Positions 42,746-57,577 of a stretch of 64,000 bases of DNA are shown one piece after another. Numbering within the stretch: the first letter of the stretch is position 1; every line of letters starts with the position of its first letter. The DNA is taken from assembly GCF_009914755.1 (NCBI RefSeq), contig NC_060927.1; one strand, 5' to 3'. Made by a program: the position numbers and the translations under genes. Origin of the DNA: the human T2T-CHM13v2.0 reference genome, Homo sapiens. Below the pieces are notes generated by a model. That model was not told where the DNA came from. It made no database searches and was given only the letters and a program-made list of their open reading frames with translations.

Positions 42746-45304
42746 TTTTTTAAAACTCCAAATGTAAATGAAGCTTAGTGATGTCCAGGAACGATGTCTT
42801 GGTCAACCCTGCATCCCTCCTACCAAGCTTAGTGTCTGGGTTAGTGTCTTGAATTGTGGCTGGCAATATTTGTACTTATCGAGGTGAGTTCAAAAAATAT
42901 CTTTCATGTCCATAGAAAGTTGACAGTATCATCTCCTTTTTATTACAGCATTCCATTAAGAAAACAACATATATTAATGCCATTTAATAAGAATGGTAAA
43001 TTATGGATAATATATTAAAGCCAAGATGGTTAACTGACATCGCCAAAGATATGCAGTCAATGTCAAATATAAAATTAGAGCACAACTCAACATTTCCCCC
43101 AGTGATACATTAATTCTAAAAGCCTTTAAGTCAAGAAAGACATGAGAAAGATAAAGGGAAAAAAGGGGGGTGGAACTAAGTGATTTTTATTGGATCATAT
43201 ACAAATGTATATTGTCATATCATCCACCTTTTTTAGGGCTAAAAAAGGCTTTCAGTTAGGAAATGTACTTTTTTCTTGAACTTCTAAATTAGCTAAGTGT
43301 TTGAAAAGGAGACTTAAGAATTATCTCCATGCCACATATCAATGGCATTGACATGAATATTCCAGAATCTTGACTTAGTGAAAGTTAAGGTCAGACTCCC
43401 AAAGATGAAGCTAAAGATGTAGCAAATTTTCTAAACTCCCTTTTCCACTTGTGCTTCAAAGGTAGGAATCTCTTTAATGAGTTAACATTTCCTGGGATGT
43501 GGTCTGTGCTGCAGGATTTAGATTGAGCATCCAGTTAAACATCTGGCAGGGTGCTTAATAGAGAAACTCCTAAGGGGATGAAACTGGTGTTAAATTACCA
43601 TGATTGAAAGGAGTGCAGGGTATGGATAACTAGCATTTACTGAGAACACTTATAAATCAGAATGGCATTGTCAAAGTGAGGCAACCAAATGGACCAAGAG
43701 GAGAGTGCTATACTGGCTAGATGTTATTGATTATGCAACTCTCATTCACAGGGGGAAATGAGGCCTATTGAGAATTTCTTGATGATGAAAACAGGAGGTG
43801 CAAGAAGAGAGATGCTTATTATCAAGGGTTTCAGACATTGTGCCCACAGGAGCTGCTGTGGTTGACTGAAACCTTTTAGATCTGAACTGGGTGAATGATG
43901 ATGGCTGCCTGGATTCAACACCCATAAAATTTTCAATTATAAATGGTTAAAAAAGAAATAACTGAATACTCCCAGAAGTGTTCCTTACGGGAGCCAGGTT
44001 AAAACCTGTGGGAAATATAGGTAGAGGGGCAGAGGACTTCTAAAATGGGAGTGAAACAAAAGATCTTTCAGATGAGGTGTGAATTGAACTAATGTTAACT
44101 ACATATTTATTATCCTATCAGTTGTCTGAGAGTCAAACCAATGACTTCATCATTAAGTGATGAAGGCCTTAAAATAAACTCTTGGCATATGTGGATGTAA
44201 CATTTGTGGTTCCACTATATTTAAAGCATTCTAGAGGTCCATTAAATTTGTAATTTTGCTGAGACACAAGCTTGAATTCTGAATTTGATGTGAGAATGAG
44301 TAAGTTGATTGGTTAGGAAGTCACCTAGCTAGTGAGTAAGAAGTAATCTGAAACTAATTTTTATTTTGTTTTGAATTTGCCAGCACCTCTAGTAAAAATT
44401 AGCTCGGAGGTAATATGAATATTTACAATAAAATAGTTTAATTACTTGAGCTTTATTTTACCTTATCCCTGTCTCCCATTAACATTGATAATTCAGTTTA
44501 TTTGGAGGAAATAGAGTGATTTCACATGTCTTTTTAAAAGTTTCTGAGAGATGGCAGATAGTAGAAAGCAAGGTTTTTGTCATGAAGCTGCATTTCCATA
44601 GTAAGTATCCAAATTTAATTCAGAAGAAAATTAGATAAAAATTGGAAGGGTTTAATTTTTAATCTTAGCTTCAAGTAGGCACATAGCTTCTTGAAAGGAA
44701 TTAGATCACTGTTGTTGTTAAGAAAATTGAGATGCAATTTTGAAGAATAAGTTACGTAGGCATTTTCCTCAAACCATTAGCAAATAATATGTGATCAATT
44801 CCAAGGTGTGGCTTTTAATTTTCAAGGTGAAAGCTATTTTTCTGCAGTGGCTGTGTGGATGCAACACAATTTAGTGGAGGGCATGCTGAGAAGTATCTTC
44901 GAGAGGTCTTTGTAGGCTGTAAGAATGACAACATGAATTTAAGTCCTTCTGAGGACTAAGACTATTTAAAGTTTCAGGAGAACAGAGCCAGAGTTGTTCT
45001 TATGGGATTTAGCAATAAAGGACTTAATTTTGAGAATCAATTAACAAAATTGTGAATTTGGAACCATAGCAGGATCTGATAGTAACCCTGAAGCTGGAAG
45101 GAACCTTGGAGCACAGCTTCCGTTCTTTGATGGTTATAAGCAGGGCAAGTAGTTTCAGTCAACAGTACATCAACATTTAAGTCTTTTCTTTTGAGGCATT
45201 TGACTGTCTTTCAGTTTAGAATCTGCAGAGACAAGCAGATACCTCCTTTCCTTCTCCCCCATCAGCCCCTATCCCCCACAGGCATTTTAAAAAATGAATT
45301 CCCA

Positions 45305-45590
45305 TTTTATTTATTTATTTTAATTTCTTCTTTTTTTTAGATTCAGGGGGTACATGTTCAGATTTGCTACAAGGGTATATTGTATGGTGTTCAGATTTGG
45401 GCTTCTACTGGGTATCATGTTCACCCACATAGTGAACATGGTACCCAATATGTAGTTTGTCAGCCCTTGTCCCCCTTCCTCACTCCTTTTGGAGTCTCCA
45501 GTGTCTGTTGTTCCCATCTTTATGTCCATGTGAACCCAAGATTTAGCTCCCACTTATAAATGAAAACATGTGATATTTGGTTTTCTGTTT
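45305..45590 (-). mobile_element. Short 5'-truncated L1 (L1PB-like 3'UTR) with 14-bp TSD
   Basis: L1 3'UTR similar to 1380-1640; TSD ccccacaggcattt at 45274-45287 and 45591-45604. Confidence 0.85.
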
Positions 45591-48500
45591 CCCCACAGGC
45601 ATTTGAGGGATGAACAAACGAAGAAATGGTAAGCCCTCCTGATTTTGAAATCAATAATAACAACAGAAGGAGCAATTAACAGATGGATCAATAGCTGAAA
45701 CAAAACGAGCACTCAGGATGAAATTTCTGTTTACTTTCGAAAAATGTTCTATATTAAGACAATTTTTTTTTAATTTAAAAATGCTTTTTCTTCCTTACGT
45801 TTTTGTTCTCTATGCTGAAACAATATATCAGCCTGAGGAAAGAGTCATGTTACAGCTCAATGGCAGTATATTTTATTTGCACCAAATTTTCTAGAGATTT
45901 TTCTTTTATAGTGTCTTTCTTAAATTCAGTTATTGGCTTCACAGGTGGCCATGCATTCCTGGATACAATCCTCTTGCAGTGTGTGCTCCTTCCACAGGTG
46001 TGTGAAAAGCATGCTTTTCATGAGTCTATCTTACCGTGATCTTTCAGGAAGGCCTAGAGAAAGATTTACTGGACATAGCAGATTTCAGGACAATTTTATT
46101 TATTATAACATTTGGAAGTTTTAAATCAGACTGAAGCATATACAAAAGCTGAAGAATTCTTGAGAGAGAACTATTAAAATTTTTAATCAAGAACTATATG
46201 AAAGTGAGGACTTGAATTCTTCATTATGGTCACTAGGAGGGAGAAAGGGGAAGGAAAAGGAAGGAGAAAGAAGAATATGGGACATCAAAAGACCAGAAGG
46301 GATGAAAACAGATCTTTCTCCTTCAGAATAAAAAGAAGAATAAGAAGTTGCTTAGCGAGGGAGAGAGACAGGCTAGAGAATAAGAGATGGGACTGAGTGT
46401 TTAGTGGCGGATGAGCTCACGTGCTGCTCTGCTTTTCAACCATTCTGGTAAACATTACACTCTTCTTTGAGCCCTCTTTGTGCTTTGGGGGAGGGTTTAG
46501 ACTTCCTGACCTTCTGCAAAGAGTGGCATGACCATCCTTAACCTCCCTGTAACCTACTAAAAAGTCACTTGCAGTCCTTTTGGTTGACTTTTGTCCATGA
46601 GGAAATACTCAATGTACTTTGAATTGTCATTCTTCAGTTATATCAGACAGTATTCCTGACTAGACGTGGAAATACCCTTCCCACTCCTATCTACTAAAGT
46701 CAATGTTTATTTTCTCCAATTTTAGTCATTTAACACACGTATGAAGGCTTGTGTTAGGTGTTAGAGATTTACTCTTAACTTTATAGCTGTTACATTATTT
46801 AATTTAAATTTATTACACAAATTACCAGATTGGCTTACTCTTGATTTCAATAGATATCTAGATTACCTGGATATAGCACCTGTTAAATGTGATGAATAAG
46901 ATTGATGCTTGCAAAGGAGCCTTTTCAATTGCTTTGCACATAACAGGTGCTCAGTGGTTATTAGTTTTCTTCTTTAACAGTGAAGTTGTTAATGAAAGAT
47001 TTTAAGTAGTAAAATTACAATCCAAGATTAAATGAGTTAGCTAAAATTCCAATTTGCTTTCTGAGTAAATTTCATGTTTGCATATAGAGAGAGCTTTGTT
47101 AGGGTTCAACTAAAAGTAAAAATTCAAAGAATTTCACAACACCAACAAGTAATGTATCATATTTGCAACTATGGCTTAACATACTTTTAGTTTCTCCTGC
47201 TATTTTGAAGTGTTCCCTTGATATCACTGTCAAGTATGTTAGGTAAAACACACAGTTGCTTATGATCTGAAGCCAAAACTTGTGTCTTTGCAGCCTCATG
47301 GGATGCTCAGCAATAGAAAATATTAGTTAGAGTAATTCTGAAAAGTTACAAAAATGGTATTATAGCTACAAATTGAGTCTCACTCATTGACTAATTTATC
47401 CAGGCGCATTTATTCAGCACTTATGTCCAGCCGTGCTTGCTATGGCATACAGTGGTGGCAAACAGAGGCTGACTTCCTCCCTTCATGGAGCTTTTATTTT
47501 TGTGGTGGCAAATTAATTAGTTGAGCAGTCTTGGCTCCCTTCATTAGATCCCTTCATTTTAAAGGGTTCATTTGAAACAATGGTCATGTCACACGAGGAA
47601 TAGGCCAGGGAGCCAGGTAATGTTACTCGACAGAAAGAAGTCTTGAAAGTTTGTCTTCATCTCTATCTGGAAGATTGCCATATTTACATCTCCTAAGAAC
47701 TTTGTAGGAAATATTCTTGCAAAATATGCTGACAGGAAGTTAAGCCAAGAGGTTTTAAAGGACTCTTTCATATCAAGGAGTTGGTAACAAACCAAGGGAG
47801 GAAAAAAATCTCTCTTAAAACAACCTCAGAAAAACAGAAACCCCCTAAAAAGTGCTGCCTGCCTTGGTAACTGTAGTGAACTCTAATGAGCAGGCAGGCA
47901 TGAGTTATGTCTACCACACTATTGACCCTTGTTCATCCTTTATCATTTTGTGCAAAGAAAGCCTGGAGACTAATGGAAAAACATTATGGAGCTTTTATTG
48001 ATCTTTGCTTCTGACTGTGAACTGTAGCTAGAGACTTGTTAAGCTAAATGAGCTCAACGGAGACTCAGGCTGTCAACATTTGTGGAGAACCTGTACATTA
48101 GCTTCTGGGTCTGCAGGGGTTTTCTTCTGATGAGGCATAAACATTGCACATGTATAGTTTTGAATTGGCCTTTCTGGTAATTATATGGAAAGAGTCTGCC
48201 TTTAACTTTTTTATACTTGTAGCACTTTTGTTGTTTTTATTTCAAAAGTAAACATGTTTAGAATGTATTATTAAAAAGTGTGCACACGCTTGTGTGTGTG
48301 TGTGTTTACTTAACATTTGGCAGCATTTCTTCATCGTCAGTGAATGAAATGGTAATTTCCTGTTTTGTTAAGTGGGTAGTGTTAATTTCACTTCAGTGTC
48401 CCTTGTGATTGGAGATATTTAAGCAGAGGCTTGGTAAGGATTAATATTATGGAGGAGTGGTTCCCAACATGTGGGCTCCAAGCTAGCAGCACTAACCTCA

Positions 48501-50049
48501 CCTGGGAACCCGATGGAACTCCTCCTGTTCCAGGTGGTTCTGATGCATGCTGAAGTTTAAGACCCCTGTGCTAGAAAGATGAGCCTAAAATCAGTAATTA
48601 TCTAGGAGGTAAGAAGAGGATGTGGAGTTTCAACAACACCTGGGATTTTTCTTTTCCCAAACTCACAGTCTCTTTCCCCCACTCTGCTCCTCCTTCTACT
48701 CCCATTATTGCACAGTAGCCATTACTCTGGGACTCTGACACAGTCTTTGGGGGTGTTGGGATACACCACTGGACTAGATGAATGACATTTTAGAGATGAT
48801 CCATTATCATGGAATTATGTCCTGACCTTGTGACATTTTTAGGATACTTGTTAATAAAAATTTCTACATTTTGCTTGTCTTTGCATCTACTCTAGGTATA
48901 CTGGTGATCCCTTATGAGTTAGAAGTAAGAAAAGTGCATTCTTTTACAATCTAGGAATAGCCTCTGGTTGCAGACCTTTCTTAGGAAATTTGAAAATGTT
49001 TTTACTCTTATATGAAATACAATTTTAGTTTTATTGTATAATGCTTTGCAGTTTGGGTTTATCTGAAGTAAGCGACCCATTCACTGGCATTGAGAAAACA
49101 AAGTGGAATGGTTTTCATGATCACATGTCTTGAATCCAGGTTCCCTGGGCACAGATCTTGGCTCTGCTAAGCTACATGCATGACCTTGGGAAACTTCCTT
49201 TACATCTCTTTGTCAGTTTCTTCATTTGTAAAATCAGGCTAGCGATAATGAGTACTTCTTAACTATTTTAAGCATGTACTGAGTTATTGCATGTTAAGTG
49301 TCTGACTCTTGATCAGGACTCAATAAATGTTGGATATTACTATGAGTGACTGTTGTGTAATGAGATAAAATTACCTACAACTGTGAAGATAACTAATTAA
49401 AACAATAATCAAGACTGGAAAACATATATTTATTGTGTACTATATAAAAAATCTGTCGGAATAGAATAAAGCTATGAAGACAGACAGATACAGGTTTGAA
49501 AATTTGATATGTGTCATACGGCAGGTAACTTAGCTGTTCCTGAGTCTTGGTTTTCTTATGTTTGAAATGGAGATAATGCTGCATTGCAGGGCTGTTGTGA
49601 GCAGAAACAAGAGCATTTGGAAGAGACTGGTATACTCAATACAAATGGCTATTATACTTTTTGTTGCAACTTGCTTTTCTTGAACTAAATTTTAAATAGC
49701 AACTTCTCTTTTTTATGGAAATCTAGGGAGTCTGATTTAGAGGAAGTGAGTATATGCTGTAGAATGGCCCATATGCCACTTTGCTATTAGAATATGAGTC
49801 ATTATTTCTAAACTTAGTATTGCTTTATTTGTATGTTCCTTGCTTTTCTCAGAATCCCTAAGTCAGATCTAACCATAAACTTTGGATCATAAAAGAAAGC
49901 AACTTCAATTAAGTGCATTTTTTTGAGTCACTGCAAGTCACTCATATAAGGTTGTCTGACCAAGCAGTGATGTAAAAAGGACTCATAGTATTTCAGTGAG
50001 CAACTCTGGCATTTAATGTTTGTACAGAGCTCTTCTACTTATGAAAGTT

Positions 50050-50468
50050 TTAAATTTGTATTATCTTTTTTATGGAGGTACAATTTACATATGGTGAAAT
50101 GTGTAGACCTAAATTGTGCATTCCCTCTGTCCTGACAGATGCATACATTTCTATTAACATATAGAATATTTCCATCACTCCAGAAAGTGTCCTCAAGTCT
50201 CTTCTCAGTCAATTCTTTCTCTGCTCCCATGCAACCACTATTCTGATTACTATTACCTTTGGTTAGCTTTTCTTGCTATAGAACTTCACATAAGTGAAAT
50301 CTCGCAGCCTTTTGTCTGTACTTTTTTCCTTACCATAATGCTTTTGAGATTCGGCTGTATTGTTGTATGTATCAGTAATTTGTTTATTGTTGTCGGTGAC
50401 TAATATTCCATTGTATGGATATACCACAGTTTGTTTATCCATTTTTTTATTGAGAGACATCTGGAACA
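50050..50468 (-). mobile_element. L1ME-like 3' fragment
   Basis: tttccatcactccagaaagt...atattccattgtatggatataccacagtttgtttatccatt. Confidence 0.8.
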
Positions 50469-52964
50469 TTTCTATTACTTCTTTTGATCATTATTGTAAT
50501 GTTGTTGAATGGTCAGAAGATTCTACTATCTCATTCTCTAGATTAGGAAGCTGGGACTCAGAGAATTGAGACAACTCAAGGTCCCACTGCTGGTAAATGA
50601 GGAACTTGAGAGGAGAACCTGGTTTTCTGGTTCCAGATCCTCTGCTTCCTTTACTTCCCATTTTCTGAGTCCAGGTTGCTTAGGGCCCTGATCAGGAGTT
50701 CTGCCCTGTCTGACACCAGGATTTGATCTGACCTGTCTTATCTTTGATGGAGAAAGACCTAGAATATCAAAATTTAGGAATGTAGCCCTAATCTGGCTAA
50801 CCCTTGCCTAAGTCTTAGTTTCTCATGTGGAGTGATTGGATTTCTGAGGCTAGCTCAAAAGTTGAACAAGCAGAGGGTCTGGATGACCTTGGGTTAGGTT
50901 ATAGAATGTCTGAAAGTATTCTACAAGAGATGCTTTGTCTTTCATAGTGGCAAAGGGGAAAGGATGGACATGGAATAAGATAAGCCTCTCTTAAATCCAG
51001 CTCTACTACCCATTAGTTGTGTGAGGTTGGTTAACTTAACTTCTCTGAGTCTGTTTCTCCATCTGTACAAGAGGTAGTATAATGCTTCCGTCTCAAGTCT
51101 TGGCAAGGAAGTTCCTAACACAACCTGTCCTTTCTGTGCTCAATCAAGGTTGGACTTAAGGGAGCATTACAATATGATGTTGATCTTGCTATGGGATTTG
51201 CGTTGTATGGAAGAACTAATTATTCACTTTATCTCTGAAGACAATTCATTATTTATAGAATCTGAATATAAACAGAAAAGTTTATTTGTCAGTAAAGTCC
51301 TCATAAAAATAAAGCAAGGGAGGGGCAAAGAGGAATGTGTTTACTTTAAGGCAGCTGGAAAAATGAACATAGGTAAATAGGTCCTTTGAAGATACTCTTT
51401 TCCTTCTCAGGAAAAAGGCAAACATATTTAGAAGGCTACTCCTTGTTCAGGATACTGATTAGGCTGCTTGGTTAAATAAGGTCTGTAGGAGAACCAAAAG
51501 GAAAAAGGGTCTTAAAAGGAACCCCATTCCTGTACTGTTATGGATTTAATTATGTCTCTGGGTCACAGTTTCTCCATACGTAACCCCTAAATAGCACTTT
51601 TTGTCACATATCTCGGACTTGATGTGAAATTTGATGTGTTCAGTTTTCTCCTAATTTATATAGTTGCAAAAATTTTACTTAAAAAGAATAGTGTTTATGT
51701 GTATTTTTTGTAATTTGAAGCAAAGTACGCTGTCCAAGAAAACCTTATAGTTTATGAGAAGATTGATATGTGAATGACTTAACAGCAAAATACATTAAAT
51801 GCTTGTCATAACAAAAATTGGCAGGAGTCTTAGAAGAACCTAGAGTTGGATGATCAGCTTGGTTCATAAAAACTTCTAAAGGAAATTTCAAAGACTAATG
51901 ACTTCACTGAGCTTTTTCAACCAATATTGAAAAAAGCTGGTATAAAATGATTCAAGGGGTATATGCTGCACTGCAAAACAGCTTTGCTTCATATCATTTG
52001 CCTTTAATGTTTCCCAAGAAAAGGACATGCTTGTAAATACTTAATGGTTGTCCTTAGAGAGGAAAAACAATTCCAACAGTCAGGACATCAGAGTGGTTGA
52101 AAAGTATTCATGCAGGAAACTGAATGATGTACTTTATTTATGGATTTTCATAATTGGCATTGAAACACCGCTACTTTGCTGGCTCAGCTTTTTAATGTAT
52201 GAGATCAGTCACTTGTAGGAGGAAAGAAGAATGAATGTGCCTCTGAATGTGGGGTGCTCTCTTTTAATTAAGAAACTTCAGAGGAAAGAGATGACAATAG
52301 GCAAAGATGAAACAAGTTAAAAGGAGCAGGCAGAGGATAGAGAAAACTGCATCTCATGCAGTTGACATTTATGTGGCAATTGTCTGGTTTGGACTTTTTG
52401 TAGGAGAACATTTTTTTTCAGAATTTATTTTATGTATCACTCATAAGTATTGCATAAATTCCATATTTATTTATACTGTAGGTCTGTCTCCCCTTCCAGG
52501 CATAAAAAAGGACACTTTTAATTTCAGGTGACAATGGAGCATACAATTTTAGCTACTTGCTTAAAAGTTAACATTTATTGAGTGTTTTTTATGTGCCAGG
52601 CATTGGAATCATCTATATGTATAAAATTTTATTTATGTCTCATAGCAACCATATGAGGAAAGTATGATTATTATTTTTATTGTTCCTGTGTTACAGATGA
52701 GGAAACTGAAGGCAAGAAGTTGCCAAGTTTAGACAATTGGTAAGTAACAGATGTCAAAGCTATGGCTTTATACTATATTGAGCTTCTTGATGGTGGAGGT
52801 TCCATCTCATACTTTTTTGATACTCAGCTCAGTGTCTGCAATAGAGTGTTTGTTGAATAATCTACAGAACCTAAATATTTTTAAAGGGACTTTTGCAAAA
52901 CAGCTAGTATCCTTAGATCCTTTTTTCCCCCATGTACATAATCAAGAGCTGGAGATTATTAAGG

Positions 52965-53660
52965 AAAAATTTGGACTTCCTTTTTGGACATGTTAACTTC
53001 GACATTCAAATGTAGATGTTTGTTCAATAATTATATTTATGAAGCCAGAGCTCAGGAGATAAATTGGAGCTGGAGAAATAAATACGGTTGTCATCAGTGA
53101 ATAGAAGCATTTAAAATCATGAGTGAGATGAACACTGTGATGGCGTGGAGTGTGAGTGTGAGTGGGGAAGCTGGAAATGTGAAGAGGGCTAAAGACTTAG
53201 CCCTAGGCTGCTATCATTAGCAACTGAGCATAGAAGAAAAAAAGTGAGTTGGAAATGGAAAACTAGGAGTGAAAAGTCATAGGTGCTAAGAGAAAAAGGT
53301 GATTTGGGCAGATGAGTGTGGGCAGCTGAATCAAAATGGTGTGAGAGGTCAGGTTAGATGAAGACAAAGCACTGACCGCTGGGTTTAGTGTGGCCAAGGC
53401 GATTGGTAAGAGTTGATTCATGGGTATGGTGGGGATGAGAGAGGAGCAGAGTGGGCTGGAAAAAGAATGGAAGCTGAAGATTAGTCAATTCCTTAGAAGT
53501 TTGCTGTAAAGGGGAGATGAAGGAAGCTGAATGGGGTCATAGGATCAAGGGAGAGTTGTCTTCTTGAAAAATAGATGACAGTAAGGCATATTTTATGCTC
53601 AAGGGAATAATCTGGTAGTGCAGAAGAAACTGAAGATGTAGGAAAGAGAGGGGAGAATTG
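52965..53660 (-). mobile_element. L2 fragment(s), highly diverged
   Basis: Purine-rich L2-like motifs such as gagaggtcaggttagatgaagac and agaagtttgctgtaaagggga. Confidence 0.6.
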
Positions 53661-54886
53661 CTAGAATGTTGTCCTTTAGGAGGCAAAGGGGGGAGGAGAG
53701 CAGGACTCCAGTGCCAGGGGAGAGGGACCATTGGAGAAGGGACACTTCTTCCATTGGTCCAGGAGAGAAGGCAAGATAGGTGGTGCTGATGAGAAATATT
53801 CCTCCCTTACATTCATATTACTAAACTTGCAAGAGCTGATGGATTTTGCACATGCCAAGTGATACACGTTTCTTCTCTGAATAAATGCATATGTACAGAG
53901 AAAATATTCAGTCTGAAAGTGCATGCAAGAAATAAGTAAAATTTAATAGTCAAAGGCAATCTTATGATCAAACCAACATTTAGGGTTGAACTTTAACTGC
54001 TTACTACTTCTGTGGCTGTTACCTGAGGTTAAAGGAAGAAATTTGCCATAAAAATTAATGTAACAAAATCTTTAATAAAATGCTAAAATGTGAAAAATTT
54101 TAAATCAGGAATTATGTCTGTTTTTGCTCAAAGAAATTAAATCTTTATAGATATTATAGAAATAATGGTGGCTATAACCAATTGTAACTTCTGTGAACTG
54201 AGAACCATATCATGTTCCCAGTACTTTTCAAATATTTGTGCTGATCTTCACAGCAAAACAAACAGAGTAGTTTTACTACAGTTTGACAAGTGAGAAAACT
54301 GGCAGTGAGGTTCTGCAAGGTTTAATGATTTGCTCAAAGTCACCCAGCTGGTAAGGTGATGTTTAAATTAAAGCTCATTCTGGATTCAGAATTGCTTTTC
54401 CTAATGCACTGTCTTGATATATAAATGTTGTGATGTAAATAAAGTCCCTATTTAATGTGTGAAAAACTTTTGGCTCAAAAAAACAAACTTGCTCAAATAT
54501 CTATAGAATTGCACTTATTTGCACAAACTACTCATTTTTTCTTCTAGTCTAGTGTATAAATTCAGCTAGAAGGAAAGAAGGAATGAAGGAGAGAAGAGGG
54601 AAGGAGAAGAGGGAGGCTAAGATATCATCATTTGTCTGATTTATAAGGTTAGCAAAGTCAGTGACTACTGGTGTGTCTTTTCACCCTATCATATATGCAA
54701 AGGGCTACCACGTATTTTGTATTTTGAGTCTGACTTGATTTTTAAGCTATTTTTATCACTGTGGTTTCACAACATTTGTGGGATCTTTAAGTTTTAAAAT
54801 GTGGTTAAAACATGCATGTTCCCTGTGTTCTGTCAACTACTGAGATATTTACTGAGCCTGTTTCTGCTTCTCTGCCTCAGGACCTG

Positions 54887-55211
54887 TGTATTAGTTCATT
54901 CTCATGCTGCTATAAAGAACTGCCTGAGATTGGGTAATTTATAAAGAAAGGAGGTTTAATCGACTCACAGTTCCACATGGCTGTGGAGGCCTCAGGAAAC
55001 TTACAATCATGGTGGAAGAGGAAGCAAACAAGCCCCTTATAAGACCATCAGATCTTGTGCCAACTCACTCACTACCATGAGAACAGCGTGGAGAAACCAC
55101 CCCCGTGATCTAATCACCTCCCACAAGGTCCCTCCCCCAACACGTGGGGATTACAATTTGTATCACAATTCAAGATGAGATTTTGAGTGGGGACACAGCC
55201 TAAGCATATCA
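54887..55211 (-). mobile_element. THE1/MST-type MaLR solo LTR
   Basis: tgtattagttcattctc...gactcacagttccacatggctg...ggggacacagcctaagcatatca; 5-bp TSD acctg/gcctg. Confidence 0.9.
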
Positions 55212-57577
55212 GCCTGAATGCTTCCCACCCCACCACCTTGGTTATAAAAGGCCTACTTCCTCAGCTGGTCATTGGCAGCTGAGGGCTCAGTCACATTTCA
55301 CAACAGAAGCCTCCTGTCTGGGGTCCCTCTTCCACAGCTTTTTCCTACTGGATGTCCACCATGTTTCCTGGCTGTGTAGGAATCACTGACCTTCCTGGCT
55401 GTTTGGAGACTTTCTAGTTTATGGGTCCTACATTTGCAAGACAGAATTCAGAAAACTTTCTTCAGCTTTCTTTACAGCTATTCACTCCCTCTCATGACAG
55501 CTGGATTAGAAGTGGGCAACTGGTGGAGGGTGGATCCATGAGGAGTTCACTTTGCTAGCAAGAGTGGTGACTGAGACTGCCTGTTCTTGGGAGTGGCAGG
55601 GGTTGCAAAGTTAGGCTCCTGGCACAGAAGTGGCTTTGATGGTGTGGTGGTGGCAGTGGGGTCAATTTCCTTATCTGGCCAGTTCTGTGGCATAGTTTTG
55701 AGTGTTTTTTCTAGAAGTTTAGTCTTGAACCTGCTTCTCCCACCCTTCTAATGATTTTGTGAGTGATCTAATGTCCTTCTGAAAAACTGTTGTTTCCAAA
55801 GAAGATCATCACCAGATGTACCCCTTCAATCTTTCTTCTACAATGAAGCCAGAACAACCTCTTAGGAACATAAGTCTGCCCCTGTGCCACCTAACAACCA
55901 CAATTTATTTTCTTTCCATTGTTCTCAGAATACCACATTTTATAGAACTGAGAGTTCTGTCTTTTGAAAGGCACACCTTATTTTGTGAACTACCAGGAAA
56001 GAAAATGCTGCTATGTCACATCTTTGATTGTAGCAGGTATCCTGGTTTCAGAGCTGTTGAAATGAGGTGGGGTGGGCAGTGTCTTAGAAGTGAGGAAATG
56101 TGGTAACATCTCACATCTTTGATGTGGCCTTCTAAGGCTGGGAATTGATGTGACATGCTCCTCCCTCTCCTCTTGTGCCTCTTTACTCTTTGCCCTCTCA
56201 CTAACTCTCAAGAGGGTCTTTTCTCCCTCCCTGGAAAGGTTATGCTTTCTTATCTGTGCTGTTTCCCTTGCCCACTTCTTAACATAATTACTATTCCTTT
56301 CTAATGCCTTAGCTTAAATGTCATTTCCTCAGAGAAGTCCTCCCCGAACCCTCGCATTCTTCCTTCCTCTAATATTAGCACAGTACTTAGCCTTTGTTCA
56401 GCATTTACTATCTGCTGGGCTCAGTGCTAAGCACGTTACATATATTGCCTCATTTAATCCTCACTACAAACTTGCGAGATAGATGCTATTTTTTTGGTCA
56501 GTTTTCAGAAGAGAAAACTGAAGCTTAGAACTGTGCAGTAACCTGCCCAACGTTTCACAACCAGAAAACAAGGAGAAGGAGCCAGGATTCACACCCAGGC
56601 CTGGCTCATCATGCTGCTGGGCTGCCTCTCTATTTACTCACAGGTGATCAGCAGGTCTGTTATGTAATCTCAGACTGTACAGTTGAAATTATTTAAGTAT
56701 TTGTATAAAATAATTATCTAGTAAGGATGCCAAATTCCATGAAGACAGTGATAGTAGATCTTGACCACTCTGGCGCATATTAAGTGTCCAGCTAATCTTT
56801 ATTTTTAAAATTTTAATTGTAGAAATGTACAAATGCATGTAAAACTAAAAATAATAGTATCACAAGTCCTCATATCTCTTGTTCCTGCTTCATCAAAAAT
56901 CAATTCCTGGCCAATCTTATTTCATCTCTGTCCCCACTTCCTCTCCCTTGCTACTAGATTTTTTTGAAGCAAATCCCAGAGATCATATCATGTCATCCAT
57001 TAGTATTTCTGAAAGGTAAAAGTTATTTTTAGGGATATAACTTTAATACCATTACCACATGTTTAAAAATTAACAATAATTCCTTAGTCAGTATTCAATT
57101 CATCCCAAATATTTCATGAATAATTTTTACAATCAGTTCACTCCAATCCAAGCAAAGGCTGCACAATGTAGCTGGTTGAATTGTTTCTGAAATCTCTCTT
57201 AATTTATAGTTTCTACAGCCTCATTTTTCCACCATCTTGCAATTCATTTGTTATTTGTCCTGTAGACTTTTCATATTCTGGATTTTGCTGATTACATCAC
57301 AGTGCTTTTGGTTTAACATGTTTCTTTGACCTGGTGTTTCTTGGAAATTGTTGATGCTTGATCAGATTCAGCAGTATGAAAGCAGGCCCATATGCCATAC
57401 ACCTCAGTATTTTAAAGTTATAAAGCTCTGTCCAGACAGATGACCATTTCCACCCCCAGTTTTTCTCCTAGAGCTGAAAGAGTCATGTGCTCCTGGGGAA
57501 GAATTAATGCCCCAGTAGTCACCATGATCTGCAGGGGCACAACAGAGTGAAGTCAGTGACTCAGTGACTAGTTTCTC

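Noticed and set aside
44145-44165. Hairpin cttcatca-ttaag-tgatgaag
   Set aside because: An 8-bp stem in intergenic DNA is too short for a pre-miRNA and is chance-level.
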